Source of the DNA: Eledone cirrhosa
Lineage: Eukaryota
Length of the DNA stretch: 64,000 nucleotides
Direction: 5' to 3'
Assembly (NCBI GenBank): GCA_964016885.1
Contig: OZ024752.1
Span: 10,168,001-10,232,000 of the forward strand
Part shown: positions 42,801-57,252 of the stretch, piece by piece
How the letters are laid out: each line of letters opens with the position of its first letter
Numbering within the stretch: the stretch's first letter is position 1
Made by a program: the position numbers and the translations under genes
Notes under the pieces: generated by a model
The model's database searches: none
What the model was told of the DNA's origin: nothing
Seen by the model: the letters and a program-made list of their open reading frames with translations, nothing else

Positions 42801-43684
42801 TCTATTTTGACATATAACGCTTTCGAAACGTGATATTTACACGAAGCGGAGAACAGTATAATATAGTAAATTATAATTGTGTAAGTTAACTAGTTCGCGA
42901 GATGAAAGGAGTCTATAGGTAGTTTACCAAATCAACGTACACATATTTCGCGAGATTCAGAGAACATTTATGTACATTCCGGGCTAATGTATAATGTATA
43001 ATATAGGAGTAGTATTATGGTAAATGAGATGTTATACATCGCTTGAAAGGTTGGTATACAACCCAATATGTATTTTATTCTAAGCCGAGAACTTGATGAA
43101 TCAATTCCGTGTATTGAATTACCTATGTGTTCTTGTACACGGACTATTTCCAGAATATATGAAAGTCAGGATAAAAGACATTAGCTCACAGCTATATTCG
43201 TCTTAGTATATGAACAGATAGTAAGTATTGGCGAATTGAGTAAAAGGAGAAAAAAAAATCATTAAACGAAAATATAATTAAGATGATGTCAGACCATCCA
43301 TTGATTCTTCAGCATTACAGCTCTGAATAATTGAGAACAGATCAAATCATCATCTATTTCTTGAGCCGCAGAGGAGGCTGCATGACCCCAATCTTGGACG
43401 AAGTCAGCAGTGCGATTTTAGCATCTCCCAATAATAAAGAGGAGATGGAAGGCTGCTAGAAACTGTAGAAAGGTGTGGAAAAGATGTAGACACGTTGTCA
43501 GTTACAGCCCACCTCTAATAAATCGTATTGAACTTTCAGTTCACTCCGCATCAAATAAAGTATGAAAAGAAGACATAATAATCTAAATGACAGTCTGAGG
43601 ACAAATTAAATTAGATGATAAAATTGAATATCGTATAAGACGCTTGCAGCAAATAATCCATTGTATAAGTAAAATTAAATAAGT

Positions 43685-43870
43685 GTTTATACTTTTGGCA
43701 CAATGGCAGCAATTACCCCAGTGTATTACTGGTACTTTATTTTTTGACCCCGTAATGACGAAAGGCAAAGTTAACATCGGCGGAATTTTAACTCAGACCA
43801 TAAAGGGCCGTAACTCTATGCTGCAAAGCATGGCGTCCTGCCCTCTACTAATACTGCCAATCCATCGCCA
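43685..43870 (-). mobile_element. SINE family 1
   Basis: Core match. Confidence 0.85.
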
Positions 43871-44834
43871 TAAAGTAAAATTAAATAATTTCAGGAGAAT
43901 ATCTAAGTAAAACGACATAAGAACCTGACTACACCCACCCTGACATGTCAGGCATGTATTTTTGGAATAGGCAATTTCAAGACATACGAGTTGAAACAAA
44001 TATCAGTACTCCAACGAAGTTCGATCTAATCCATTTCGATGTTTCTCATTCATTACAATGTATTGGGAGGTTGAGTATGAAATATATAGAAATGTGTCAT
44101 ACTTGACGAACCAATAATTTTTCTAAATTGGATTAGCATATTTGTTATTTAAATCATAACTCGGTCAATTTGTGTTTATTTTAACAGAAACATATTTATC
44201 CTATTATCAACTTAAATTATATTTATCTCACCACATGCTTTGATACAACAAACTCTACAACTGGTGCAACCAAATATATGTTTGCAGCCCCCAAGCATGA
44301 CATTACATTTATGTACTTATATATCTTCGTTCGACATAAGCAATGAATTACTAAAACAAAATATAGTGTTATATTTATTTACTGAAATCAGTACGTTACA
44401 AAATAAAATCATATGGTGGGAAAAAAAAAAATCGATATAAGCAGAAGATTGATATAAATAGTTGAAAAAAATGGAAGAGAATCCCTTAATCAGTTTCTGG
44501 AGCTACAGATTTCACACATTCCTTCAGAATTCAAAAACGAATGATCAACTGTAAAATTACAAGCCCGCTACTTTCGCCGCTAGTCAAAGGGGATAGTTTA
44601 AGAGCAACAGTAATAATATCTAATTTAGGCAATAGTTTAATAATTTGGGGGGAGTTATATGTCTTTCGATTATACCAACCCCAGTATTTGACTGGTACTC
44701 TGTTTCCTGAAGGCTGGTAGGTTGTAGGCCGGCGTTGACCACGACGAAATTTGAAACCAGAATATAGAGAGCTGTAACTAAATACCACTATCCCTTTTTG
44801 TACGACGCTCTGCATATTTGCAATAATAATAATA

Positions 44835-45040
44835 ATGGTGTCTTATATAGGCCAGCATTTTGGGGGAGGGGAAAGTCTATTAAATCGACCCCAGTGCGTT
44901 ACTGGTACTTTATTTTATCGACCCCGTAAGGATGAAAGTCAAAGTTAACCTCGGCGAGATTTGAACTCGGACCGTAAAGGGGCGTAACTATGCTGCAAAG
45001 CATGGTGTGCGACCATCTACCAATACTGCCAATCCAACAC
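44835..45040 (-). mobile_element. SINE family 1
   Basis: Core match. Confidence 0.85.
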
Positions 45041-46299
45041 CCTCATCGCCCTAATAATGATACTAATAATATTAATATTAATAAAATAGCAACAGCATAA
45101 CACATTAACATGTTTACAGATTCTCCGCACTGCTAATATAGTTCCTCTATAATCTAATTGCTTAAATATGTTTTCCTGTTTTTCTTTACAGACGTGATGT
45201 TTTATATTAAAATGAAAATTTAATGACAATATGGAAATTTAACAAATAACAAATTCTTTAAACATTTTAGACAATTCAACGTGACAGAATTTTACACAAT
45301 TCTACGTGTAAAGAAAAAGCCAATGATATTTAACACGAAGGAAAATGTCGACAATTTTCAGACAGACAATTAAAATTCTTCAGCATTTTAGTACTAGTTA
45401 AAAGGACGTATTTCTCTTAACATTATTTTGCTATGAGAAAGATATTTCGTCATTAACATTCAATTGTAAACTAGAATAAAATATATCTTGATTTTAATTG
45501 TTTGTGTTTTCTTTTATTTTGCGTGGGGAAGATTTTGTGTATTGAAGTTATTTCGCTATGAGAAATAAAATTTGTTGTTAACCAGTAAAGAAGCATGTCA
45601 ATATACTTTTGGTTTGACAGAAATGAAAATGATGGTTTTTAGTTCTACCGATCTATATAATTTCAGCCTGTGAAATAATAATTGTGACGTCAATGACAAT
45701 AGTTACATCATGTCTCCTGAATCCGCTACCCATTCGATATCATGATTATTCCTCGGCTAAGAATTGCTTGAATACAGAAAAAGACTGTAAAATTGAAACC
45801 GCATCTAACACCAATATCAAATGACACCGTTATAAAAACGATGTTTTAGACCTCACTAATTGTAACAAGGACCATCAGCCCCATAAATTAATATCAACAA
45901 ATTACCTTCTAAAACATACCTGCGCATTTTCTTTAAATCAAACACAATACTCTCAATGAAAGTAACACAATTGCCGAGTATTTACGAGATTTACAAGCAT
46001 ACCATTTAACTATGGTTAAATCGCTTCCGATGGTAGTTCGGCTCTACCAGGGATAGATTACGACTAAACAAAAGCAACAAAGATATGAACAGGCATATCA
46101 AGAAAACGTAAGACACCAGCACTACAAGCCTCACAGATATTTTCGCTAAATTCTCGCGTTCCACTCCTAGATCTTGGGCCATTTCTGTGATTGGTGTTTG
46201 TGAATTTGTGTAGGGATGTGTGGACAGAACTTGGCGTATTGGTGCTGAAATTATTAGCATCCCTTGTTGAAGACATCCCAAACATATTAGTAACATCAG

Positions 46300-46440
46300 G
46301 CCCATCTCCAGTAAAGGATTGTTGTTGCAGGAGCAATATCTGTGGGTAGGGGCTTTATCCGGAATTTCATCCAGGAATTTGTCCGGGGATAGTTTCAGTT
46401 TTATGGAATCTTTTCCCCGTTCTATTAAAGACTGCAGTGT
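46300..46440 (-). pseudogene. CR1-like LINE 3' end remnant
   Basis: KLKLSPDKFLDEIPDKAL resembles the CR1-type terminal 'FKxxLDxFLxxIPD'. Confidence 0.4.
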
Positions 46441-46807
46441 CAGTTTAGGTGAAATGGTTGTTTCGTAATTTTGCGATGATCATGCTGCCAATACAAACAC
46501 ATGCTCCTGTTGGTTTTCAATTTAATTTATTCCAAATTTCCAGTTGATTTGTTCATTAACCGGATGGTTGTTTATTTATTGCCAAAGATCTTTCGTCACG
46601 CAGTCTGTGATATCCTCAGAAAATAAATTGATTTGTTGTGTTACTTCTAAGTTCAGTCCTATACCGGCTTTTATTTGTGTGTTGGAATCCGCTTATTAAA
46701 CCAACCAACTGGACGTTTATAGTAAACCGAAGTGAAGACCGACAGGTGCATATGTTTGTATTGGTAGCAAGCAAGCAAGCAATCAAGCAAGCAAGCAAGC
46801 AAGCAAT

Positions 46808-46850
<43 letters not shown>

Positions 46851-46857
46851 GCACGCA

Positions 46858-47428
46858 CGCACAACCCGTCTCATGGTCGGGTCGTTGGCGACTAAACTGG
46901 CAATCCCACCAAGGTTTCTCGGTGAGGAGGGTGACTTTGGACATCCTGCAAGACTAAAAACAAAATCTGTCAAAGGACAAAGGATCTCTTAAGAGTCAAT
47001 GGCCATCCAAAATCACCGGGAGAGATGACCCCTTAGCCTTTGTCAAGGCGGAATTCTAGGAGAAGGAAAACTCTGATATAACACCTGCAACTCTGAAGGT
47101 ATCCAATGATGTTGTCATGTTCTTCTTTTTGGTAAATATCATCTTGGTTAAGAGAGTGGGACTGTATTTGTGCAGTGCCTTTGCTCACTATTAAAGCTTC
47201 ACGGCACAGGCATTGCTTTATATCTGGAGATCTCTCTGCACTTGTCGTCACATGGTACCATGGGCCCAGCACTATGTGTCAATAATTGCCACAAGTGTAG
47301 TGTTTGTACCAGAGTTTTCAAGTCGCTGGCTGGACTAAAAAGTCACACTCTTTCAGCGCATCGGTAGGAGTTATCCTACATGGATATAAAGTAGTGGCCG
47401 TACTCGAAAACGAGTTGGCAGCCACCAT
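46858..47428 (+). mobile_element. Non-autonomous RTE-derived bipartite element
   Basis: RTE 5'-UTR-like CTAGGAGAAGGAAAACTCTG joined to terminal HKCSVCTRVFKSLAGLKSH; close match to 57253-57854. Confidence 0.8.
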
Positions 47429-47589
47429 GTATGTATGTATGTGTGTGTGTGTTGTGTGTGTGTGGTGTGTGGGTGTGAGTGTGGGTGTGCGTGATGGCTA
47501 CAACTCAATTTTGAGAAATCCCACGCATGATACTTAAGCATGGGCATAACGGACATGGCGTCTTTAGTCCTGCTAGGAAATGCCTATCC

Positions 47590-47945
47590 CCAACAATGCA
47601 ATGAATCACAACAAATATCAGATATCAAGCGATGCCTGTGCTTGAAGCTTTTACAAATTGAGGAAAGGCTTTCCACAGGGCCAATCCCACTCTCTGCACA
47701 ATGAAAGCATTTGCCTCAAAAGAAGAACTGGTATACAACATTGGATGCAAACGAAGTCGCAGGTTTTAAATCAGAGTGACCTTCTCCTAGAGAGATGTTT
47801 TAATGAAGACTAGGAGTCTCTTACTCCACACAAAAAATGGATGGCCGTTGAGTTATTGGGGTTGCCAGTTTATTCGCCGACGAGCCGACCAGCCACAGGT
47901 TGTACTGGGTTAAAGGTTATCAGTAGCACTGAAGAGCAACCTGAT
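47590..47945 (-). mobile_element. Diverged copy of the RTE-derived element
   Basis: GGGTTGCCAGTTTATTCGCCGACGAGCCGACC...GGTTGTACTGGG. Confidence 0.6.
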
Positions 47946-48000
47946 ATGTATATATAACATTCTTTAACATTTGAATTTTATGTTAAACAATAAATGAATT

Positions 48001-48180
48001 CTAAACGCAGAAAACAGCAGCCGTTTGCTTTGAAAAATAGCTTCGAAAATTGAACACAATGCCTCTGTGGACGGTTAAAGGTAGGTGTTGCTCACTTTAT
48101 TCCGTATAAACGTGTATTTTAACCGATTTTCAAAGCTATTTTATATATAATTATCTAATAGTTATTTTCTGCGTTTCAGA
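48001..48180. mobile_element. MITE-like remnant with nested inverted repeats
   Basis: AAACGCAGAAAA/TTTTCTGCGTTT and AAAATAGCTT.GAAAA/TTTTC.AAGCTATTTT. Confidence 0.5.
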
Positions 48181-48671
48181 TTTCCACATCCTTATCACTT
48201 AATATATATGTAGACACACACAATGACACGTGCGATAATTCATATCATAAGACAATTCATTCTCGAATATTTTTAGAAGTGAAAGGATCACTAATTTCTC
48301 AACAACTACCGAGGAGCAGAGAAACGTGAGAACTTCAAACAGTCTCCAACACTGTCTAGTTGTTACCAGGCATTTTTGCCCATTATAGGTCTGTTATTTT
48401 TCTTAATTTTTCTTAATTTAATATTTAAAGTTAGGGATAACAAACTATATTGCTGTAGTTAGTATTTTTTCACCCTAGTGAATTTTGGTCCTTACGATTC
48501 GAACACATATTAGTGTCCATCTCTCTTGTTTATTCAATTATATATATATATATATAAATATATATATATCAATATAAATATATATATATAAATATATATA
48601 AATATATATATATATATAAATATATTTCGTTTCTGAATTTGTTTGGCAACATGACCCTCCCTAAGTATAAC

Positions 48672-48761
<90 letters not shown>

Positions 48762-50021
48762 AATATATATAAATATATATATGTATATATATATATAAAT
48801 ATATATATACTTGTAAAGTAATTGGAAGAAGACAAACTCAATTTCACATTAAAAAGGAAAATACAATATAAAGATATTATTAACAAGGATCAGCCACAAA
48901 ATATATAAAGAAGCATTTGGTTTAATTGCAGATTATTTAACGATAGTTTTGCGGAAATTATCAGGCGAGAAAAGACTTTATTGAGTAACATAACACTCAA
49001 GTGCAATCTTATTTCCAAGAAGATATATTTATTTTAAAGCCGGTTTAATACCATTTCTATAACATGCGAAACAATTTGTAGTAATGTCCGTAAAAACGTT
49101 TCTTGTAGCCTAGTGGCGCAATGCAATTACTGGAGCTGTGACGTTCCGGCTGTTTTCTGAAGGTCGATTGCTCAAAACACATGGCTATCTGAAATATTCT
49201 CAGGAATGCAATATCTTGAGATTGGTGGGTTAATCCGATCAGAATTTACGTCCAGTTGATATCAGTGACAGAAGCAAGTACAATATTATGTTTTATTAGG
49301 AGATCTATACGAATATCTTAGGTAAGCTTCATCCGAACACCCGACAAGAAGCAGCAAACAATGATGGGCTTACAACCATCAATGGGATCAGGAAGGAAAT
49401 CAAATATTGTAATAAAAGAAAAGCGGTCTGTAATATAAACATTACACAAATATTGACTATTAATGCATAAACGCCTCAGGGAAATAAACGCAATTATTAC
49501 TGCCTAAAACCATACAACTACGTCAAAATAAACGCTGACATTGGAATGGTAGTTTCGGTAGAGTGCCAACTACCATGCATTCCAGCAAAGAGTTATCCTA
49601 CGGGGTCGATAAAATACAGTACCAGTTATACAATGGCGTCATTGTTGGCCTTGTGCCAAATGTAGAAACAATTATAATGTAACTCATCGCAAATACCGGT
49701 TGCTCTCCGACAGGTTTGTGGTCGTGCCCCTAGCAATGGAGATTTCTGTTGTCCTTGGTTCTAGGGCTACCTCCCTACTCACCACCATAGGCACTGAGCT
49801 GGCTAACCGAGGTTAGAAATGGCTCTTCCAGTGCCTCTCCCTTACTATCCACCGGGGAAATGCGTTCCCCATTCTGTCCACCGGGACTGTGGGGCGGCCA
49901 ACACGCGGGACCCATTTGCTCATAATACAGAGAGATGGAGAGGGCGGGAGAGATGGAGGCGATGACAGTGGAAGTTCGACTCATCCGTGTTCAGACACAT
50001 TTATCAATGCTATGTTAATGT

Positions 50022-50056
<35 letters not shown>

Positions 50057-50910
50057 TTTTTATTTTTCATACTGATCGCAAAGAGTAAGGAACAAACATA
50101 GCTGGTGGAAATCCAACATGAAAATGTGTTACTCATTTGTTGAAAAATGAATGCTGAGCAGCAAATGGTTCTAGGTATTCTAATGTCACATGCAAAATTC
50201 CATACAGAGAACATAATTCCGAGGTCACCGTGACATGCTTGACCTAAAGTAATCGGTGTTCAGGCAGAAATCCCAGAATGCAAGTTTATATGTATTATTT
50301 CAAAGATAAGCAGCGCAAATCTCCGATGAGAGACTTCGTTAATTTCGGGGCTAAAGTATCATTAACGTAAATGAGAGTAACTTTGCACTCGAGTATTTAG
50401 CCACAGTAGTGTCGTCAGATGTACATATGGCGAGAAAGCAATTAAGTTAATTATCTTCCTGTTACTATATAACCCTTGGCGCCACTCGAACGAATAATGA
50501 TATGGCTTTCAATAGACACAAATTGAAAGTGTTTACAGAGCCACTTTTCCCTTCACTGCTCTGTGCACACACATCTAACAGCATCATATTAACACATATT
50601 TGCTCATAGCTTCGTACTTACAAGCACACTCACTATCTTACTTACATATACACACATTTCTACTAAGCTTCGTACGGACATGCATACGCACATGCAAAAG
50701 TATAGCTCTTTACAAAACGTTTTTTTCCACATTTCTGGTAGACGCACTCCATCATCCACTTTTCTAAAAAAACAAATCATACTCTAAACGCCAGCACCAA
50801 CAGTTTACCATTTAATGTGAACATGAATGGACGTGTTATTTTTATCTAAACACTTTTTTTTTCCAATTACAACCCGCCCGTCCCTTCAATCTATCTTATT
50901 TCTCCTTCTT

Positions 50911-50946
50911 TCTCCTGGTGAAGAACTAGCGTCCAAAACGTCAAGA
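50911..50946 (+). ncRNA. Decayed minimal HHR of PLE-end type
   Basis: TCTC-CTGGTGA-A-GAAC-tagc-GTCC-AAAA-CG-TC-AAGA (two core substitutions). Confidence 0.5.
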
Positions 50947-51028
50947 CCCTCCTCCTGCTATTTCAAGCATTAACCTAATAAATCCCTTCCATATGCTCTA
51001 CCGATTGTGTGTATATATATATATATAA

Positions 51029-51341
51029 TAAAACATGTCTATAGAATCACCAGATAAAAATATATAGTCGAGGTAAATAAATGTATTCTATTTTCTCCTA
51101 GTTTATTTTACACCTAATTCTGTTTAATTGACTGTATATCTGGGGGATTACGCTGTCGATATATTCGATAAATATTCCGTGGCAGCCGGCGCGAAGGGCT
51201 GGTTTCGGTTATTTGTTGGAGATTTCTTCATAGAAGCCTTATTCTTATAGCCTGGTCTATTCGATTTTTTATATGGTTAATTATGCAAATTGGGAGAGGA
51301 AATGGTACATATTTTATCTGGTGATTCTATAGACATGTTTT
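51029..51341. repeat. Inverted repeat E (51029-51063 and 51310-51341) in a TA-flanked island
   Basis: TAAAACATGTCTATAGAATCACCAGATAAAA and its reverse complement; ATGCAAAT inside. Confidence 0.8.
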
Positions 51342-51539
51342 ATGATATATAGCTCTGATTATTTAATTTATTAACTTTTCATTGAGCCACAAAGTGACCC
51401 GTTGCAAAACATGTATATGTATATATGTATATATATATGTAAACCTTTATATATATATATATCTCATCCCAGGAACAGTCTTTGATAGCGCTAGTTTGTG
51501 ATTTAAATTCAGGAATTTTATATTCTTTGAATGAAAAGA

Positions 51540-51623
51540 ACCTTCTGACGAGAATCTCTCTTTGCAACGAAGGCCGTATGGCCTACGTTTTATTTTTGGG
51601 ATTCGAAACCGATCGGTAAAGGT
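51540..51623 (+). ncRNA. Canonical type I hammerhead ribozyme with palindromic stem III
   Basis: ACCTT-CTGACGA-GAATCTC[39-nt loop]GGGATTC-GAAA-CCGATCGG-TA-AAGGT; predicted cut after 51618. Confidence 0.9.
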
Positions 51624-51683
51624 AACTATAGTAGGTAAAGTCAATTTTTTAAAATTTATTTTGAAACTTTTTCATTATTTACT

Positions 51684-51690
51684 AAACCTT

Positions 51691-51736
<46 letters not shown>

Positions 51737-51742
51737 AAACCT

Positions 51743-51778
<36 letters not shown>

Positions 51779-51782
51779 AAAC

Positions 51783-51828
<46 letters not shown>

Positions 51829-51832
51829 AAAC

Positions 51833-51882
<50 letters not shown>

Positions 51883-51913
51883 AAACCTTTATATATATAT
51901 ATATATAAACCTT

Positions 51914-51946
<33 letters not shown>

Positions 51947-51950
51947 AAAC

Positions 51951-51989
<39 letters not shown>

Positions 51990-52350
51990 TTTATATATAT
52001 ATATATAAACCTTTATATATATATATATAAACCTTTATATATATATATAAACATTTATATATATATATATAGACCTTTATATATATATATATATATATAG
52101 ACCTTTATATATATATATACCTTTATATATATATATACTTTTATATATATATATATATATATATACCTTTATATATATATATATATATATATACCTTTAT
52201 ATATATATATATATATACCTTTATATATATATATATACCTTTATATATATATATATATACCTTTATATATATATATATATACCTTTATATATATATATAT
52301 ATACCTTTATATATATATATATACCTTTCTCTCTATATATATAAAGGTAT
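51684..52350. repeat. AAACCTTT(AT)n(GT)n array
   Basis: Repeated CCTTTATATAT unit; the same unit also occurs at about 51441. Confidence 0.9.
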
Positions 52351-52382
<32 letters not shown>

Positions 52383-52387
52383 AGAGA

Positions 52388-52440
<53 letters not shown>

Positions 52441-52445
<5 letters not shown>

Positions 52446-52528
52446 CCCAACGGTGGAGCTCTTGCCATTTTTAACAGCAGTCTGGAACTACCTGTTTAAA
52501 GGGCAAGAGCTCAGCTGTCGGGGTTCCG
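52441..52528. mobile_element. Family X, two decayed copies in fold-back
   Basis: GGACCCCAACGGTGGAGCTCTTGCC / GGCAAGAGCTCAGCTGTCGGGGTTCC. Confidence 0.65.
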
Positions 52529-53419
52529 ATCACACACACACATTATATATATATAGTCTTTGTGAAAAGAGAATTGGAATATGAGTTAAATAAAATGTAA
52601 TAAATTAGTGGTAACTGTGACAATACATGAGTGAAGAACGGTGTACAGAGAATGTTTCCATAATAGACTATTTTCATTGTTAGAAAAATAGTATGGATAT
52701 TTAAAATGCATTGAACTAATATAATTGTCATTGTGTTTTAATGAATCCCTGTATAATCTGTATCATTAAAATATTGTTAGGAAGTATATTTCAACTAGCA
52801 GTCATAAAACACTATAGAACAATTACCAGATTAAAAAAAAACATTCAAAGATATTCTTTATAATGGATGTTTGCAAAAATGCCCTGTTACTAATGAAAGG
52901 GAAGTGGATTACCAGCAGATAATTCGACAAAATTTAAATTGATTATATATTCTATCGTAATTTGATATACTATCATTTAGAAGTAAAACGGCTTCACATT
53001 AATTCCAATTATATATTGAAATTACATTTCATTACAGATTCAATCTGACACATTGTCCACCCTTTCAGATGCATATTTTAAAATAAGCTATTTAGGGTGT
53101 TTCGACATGAATTCAATCCTCAAATGTGATATTAGAAAATATCGAAAGCGGCTAATTAAACGATATTTGCGATTAAACTCAAGCTATAACATATTAAAAC
53201 TATTGAAATGAAGTAAATACTATAGCTTAAAATGAGAAATGAGATTTAATTTCCAATTTCTGTGATATATATGGCGTTTACTAGAAAAGGTACTGCATAG
53301 AATTAATCTGGACTTCAAATTTCAAAAATATTTTCGGCAGAGCACGTTTGCTAAGGAACCAATTGTAGGTAGCGTATAGAAATACACCCACTAGATATTA
53401 TGTTTACCAGCGATATAAG

Positions 53420-55760
53420 AGGGCTCTTGTGAAACGAATAAGCAGCCCTGAACCGACAATGGCAACCTTCTAAGGAGACAGAGCAATGGCTGATACTGTT
53501 AGGTCACAAGAAAACTCTCATAAGCGAGTGATGTAGCTACAACGAACCAAGTAAAGGCCGTCTTGTCCGGAAATAAACTTGATTGGTGACTGGCATAAAT
53601 GAGGCCATCAGAACACTGCATAATGGCCGCTTCGAAAAATATATTGCAGGCTCCATCCAACGGTGAAATGATTGTCGATGGGCGTGCGACATCTCATGAG
53701 AGGCCTGGGATGGAGTCACAAATATTACGTTTCACGAGACACCATAGAGTGCCTAGAGGTGAGAAAACCTTGAAAATCGGTAACTGGAATGTCACATCAC
53801 TTATATTCAAGGAGCACGAAATAGTGGTGGGGCCAGATTCTATCGGCTAGATATAGTCAATGTTCCCTCAACGACGACCAGTGTATCAAGTACTGTAGCG
53901 TTTGATGGAGGGCAGCACTCTATTATTCAGTTGTGGCGCCAGTAAAGACTGCACAGACGGAGAAGGGATACACATAAGACCACACCTGTTGGAAAATTAT
54001 ATAGATTAGATCCCATTGAGAGGGAATATTTCCCTCTTGAAACTTAGATTGACAGAAAGGTACCTATGGTTGGTGGTAATGTATCTGCCAACTTCGAATA
54101 GAGATCCTTCGTTGGTGAAGTCACTGCAATATTATATGTAGTTATGACTGAGTCATACATCCTAATAGGAAGCATAAAGGAAGATTCTGTTACAAAGTAT
54201 CTGACATGAAAAGGTGTGATTGGAAGGGACGTCTATGGTGATCTATATAAGAGTGGAAGAGACTCATTGAACCTCGGCTTTAGTAATCGGGTGTGTATTA
54301 TGAACAACGTCTTTCAGCACAAATCCATCCATGAATACAAATGGTTTAAGTGGAACCGGGAACAGAAATCAGTAAACGATTTTGTTATTGTCACTGATCT
54401 CATTAATTCAGTACTGGATGCTCATGTGAAGAGAGGGGGCTGATCTTTAAACTGATCACCATGTTATTACCTGTAGCATGAGACAACCTAAAAGTAAGAA
54501 AGCCCACAATTCTGGCAGGTCCAGATCGACCTACAGAATGAAAAGTTAAGCTCTTGCCGATAAGGAAATTTAGACCAGGTCTGCGGATACTACTGCATCA
54601 AGATTCAGAGAAATCCCTGAAAAATCTGTAGACTATAAAACTGAGGACTTTGAAGCTGAGTAAAAATTGTTCAACGCGGCAATCTCTGTTTCAGTTGTTA
54701 AATGCTGAGGGTGGTAGCGACTTGGTTTTGCACCGGGTTGGATGAGAAATGTTAAAAGCCTTAAATAGAGAAATCATTTTCTGTCTTACGCGTGTATGCT
54801 GCGTGGACTTGAAAGGCATCAACACAATAACAATCGGGAATGATGATCACAATTTCCAAACAGGGAGACAGATTGCTCCTAATATGAAGTATTCTACTTT
54901 TTAAGGCTCCCCGGTAAAGTTTATGGTAATTTACGGACAAAGGATAGAACTGCGCAGCCGAGTTAGACGTGGTATGAGGACTGGTGAATGTAGAAGTCGA
55001 CTGGAAACTGCATACCATATGATATGACGTAACTCATCAGAAAGTGATCTTCGTGATGTACTTTATAAGACTTTTGTCGAAATTTGAATGGCAAAATGAA
55101 AATCGTTGCTGTAAAAACTGAGACACTTGTGCTCACATGGACGCCAGGGTAGTGCATTCTACATGTGAGTGGAATTCCACTAAAGCAGGCGAAAACGTTT
55201 ATAATCTCCAGGTCGTGTTAAGGAGAGATGGAAGGCATGAGACTAAATTAAGGTAATAGTTGAGGCGCCTGTGTAGTAGTGTGCCAGTTACAGCATTCAA
55301 TAATCAGAAGAAGGGTGCAGGAGTAAAATCTTAACTGACAATCTTTAATTCGTTATTTGTGCATCACCTATGTCATGAATATTGTGTAATGACCAAGAGA
55401 ATACGATTGTGGGCGAAATTGGGTTGTGTCGAAGGGTTCATTCAGTAACGTCATTCGATAGAGTGTGAAACTCGGAGATGAGGGAGTCGCTTATTGTAGA
55501 GCTACTACTTCTCCGAATTGACAGTTCACATCTCAGATGTTATGGAGATGTTGTGAGAATGTCTGGAAAGAATCGTTGGACAGAATTTACGTGCAAAACT
55601 AATCGACAGGAGACCCATGAATAGAGCTTGAGTAAAAATTGTGGATAACATCCATCAGCTCGGCTGGTTTGGCTTGGGGATCAATTTGCTTGAATTGGAT
55701 ACGGTTTCGTTCGATTCAATGACAGGCCTGAGGATTCTACGCCCGCGACCCACCCAGGCA
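53420..55760 (+). pseudogene. Decayed, internally deleted RTE LINE (APE endonuclease to 3' end)
   Basis: KIGNWNVTSL; IMNNVFQHKSIHEYKW; DFVIV..TDH; 3' end matches 18750-19280. Confidence 0.8.
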
Positions 55761-56666
55761 CAATATCTCAATGTACTCGAATGAATAATGTGACTGCTTA
55801 TTATAGATTCCATATTTCATGAAGAAATTTCGAAGACAAAAACAACAACGATAGTAATGATAACTGCAGGAAAATATCGGAGTGATTAAAAAAATGAAAA
55901 AAAAAAAATCAAGTGATGAATTGCCATGCTTGAGAAGTCATTTAAATAACAGAATACCGCTTTTCATTTCAAACGGAGTCGGGTTAAATTAAGATGCTAT
56001 TATTAATCTGGTATTTAAACAATCAATTTAAATTTAATTGTTATTAATGAATTTAAAACAACCTTTCGTTTTGTTGGTTTTACAAGTATTAGGATACAAT
56101 TCAAACGTTGCTCGGCAGTATGGTAATCAATTTCGCATTCTAGAAGAATAGGTTTTAATACAGCAACAAAACAAATAATTGTGTGCTCATCTATATACTA
56201 CAAAACCTCTGTGATTGTGTACTTGTCTGTAATTTAATACAGCCAAAACGGCGCATAATGGGAAAATACTTTGAAAGGAAGTTGCTCCTGAAATAGGAAT
56301 ATAAATGGAATAAAACAAGTTTCGCTTAAATCCGAGCACGGGTTCGCGAGATACCGGGTTTTTCCGGGTAACTTCATAAACAGAGAGAGAGAGATAGAGA
56401 GGGAGAGAGAGGGTGAGGGAGAGAGGGAGAGAGGGAGAGAGGGAGTGAGGGAGAGAGGGAGTGAGAGGGTGAGGGAGTGAGAGGGAGAGAGGGAGTGAGA
56501 GGGAGAGAGGGAGAGAGAAAGATTTAGTGGCTGTGAGAGAGTAGATTAAAAGAAAGGTACAGAGAGAAGGAGACAGTAAGAAAATGGAGAGAGAGAGGGA
56601 GCTTGTGGTGTTGTTGAATGAGTGATTTGTGTGTGTGTCTGACCAGTGTATATAGGTCACAGACCC

Positions 56667-56703
<37 letters not shown>

Positions 56704-57252
56704 TATAGACACACATAGCTCCAGTTTCTTCATACACGCACACATAATATATAGATATGAGCCTTCCAACCTCATTTTACATTATATACATGTCTGTGTA
56801 TATTTTAATTATTTCAAAATTATTTTTAATTGAACGTGACGAAGTGGATCACATGTGGTATATTCTATATATAAATTTCTGCGATTCTGTCACAGCACGT
56901 AAAGAGTGAGAGGAGTATTTTGACTAACTCATACCACTCCCCTCTCTTTCCGCTGCTGCTTGCGTGTATGTATGTGTATGTAAAATGAAGGAAGAGGATG
57001 ATGAAACAACTATAGCAAAAGAAAGGTTGGCTTGCCATTCATTACGCTGTGTGTGAGTGTGTAAATGTATATGTGAATATGTTTGTGTGAATGTATGTGT
57101 ATGTATGCACTTGTGTCAATATAAGTATGTGAGTGTACATTTTTATAAGTGTGTCTGTGTTTGGTCGTTTATATTTATATACTCATACATATAAACATAA
57201 TTGTATTCAAATGCACACACACACACATATATATATATACATATATATATAT

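Noticed and set aside
46006-46336. 90-99 aa ORFs
   Set aside because: No recognisable domain; adjacent to a LINE remnant
47280-47367. C2H2 zinc-finger gene exon
   Set aside because: Part of the repeated RTE-derived element, also at about 57314
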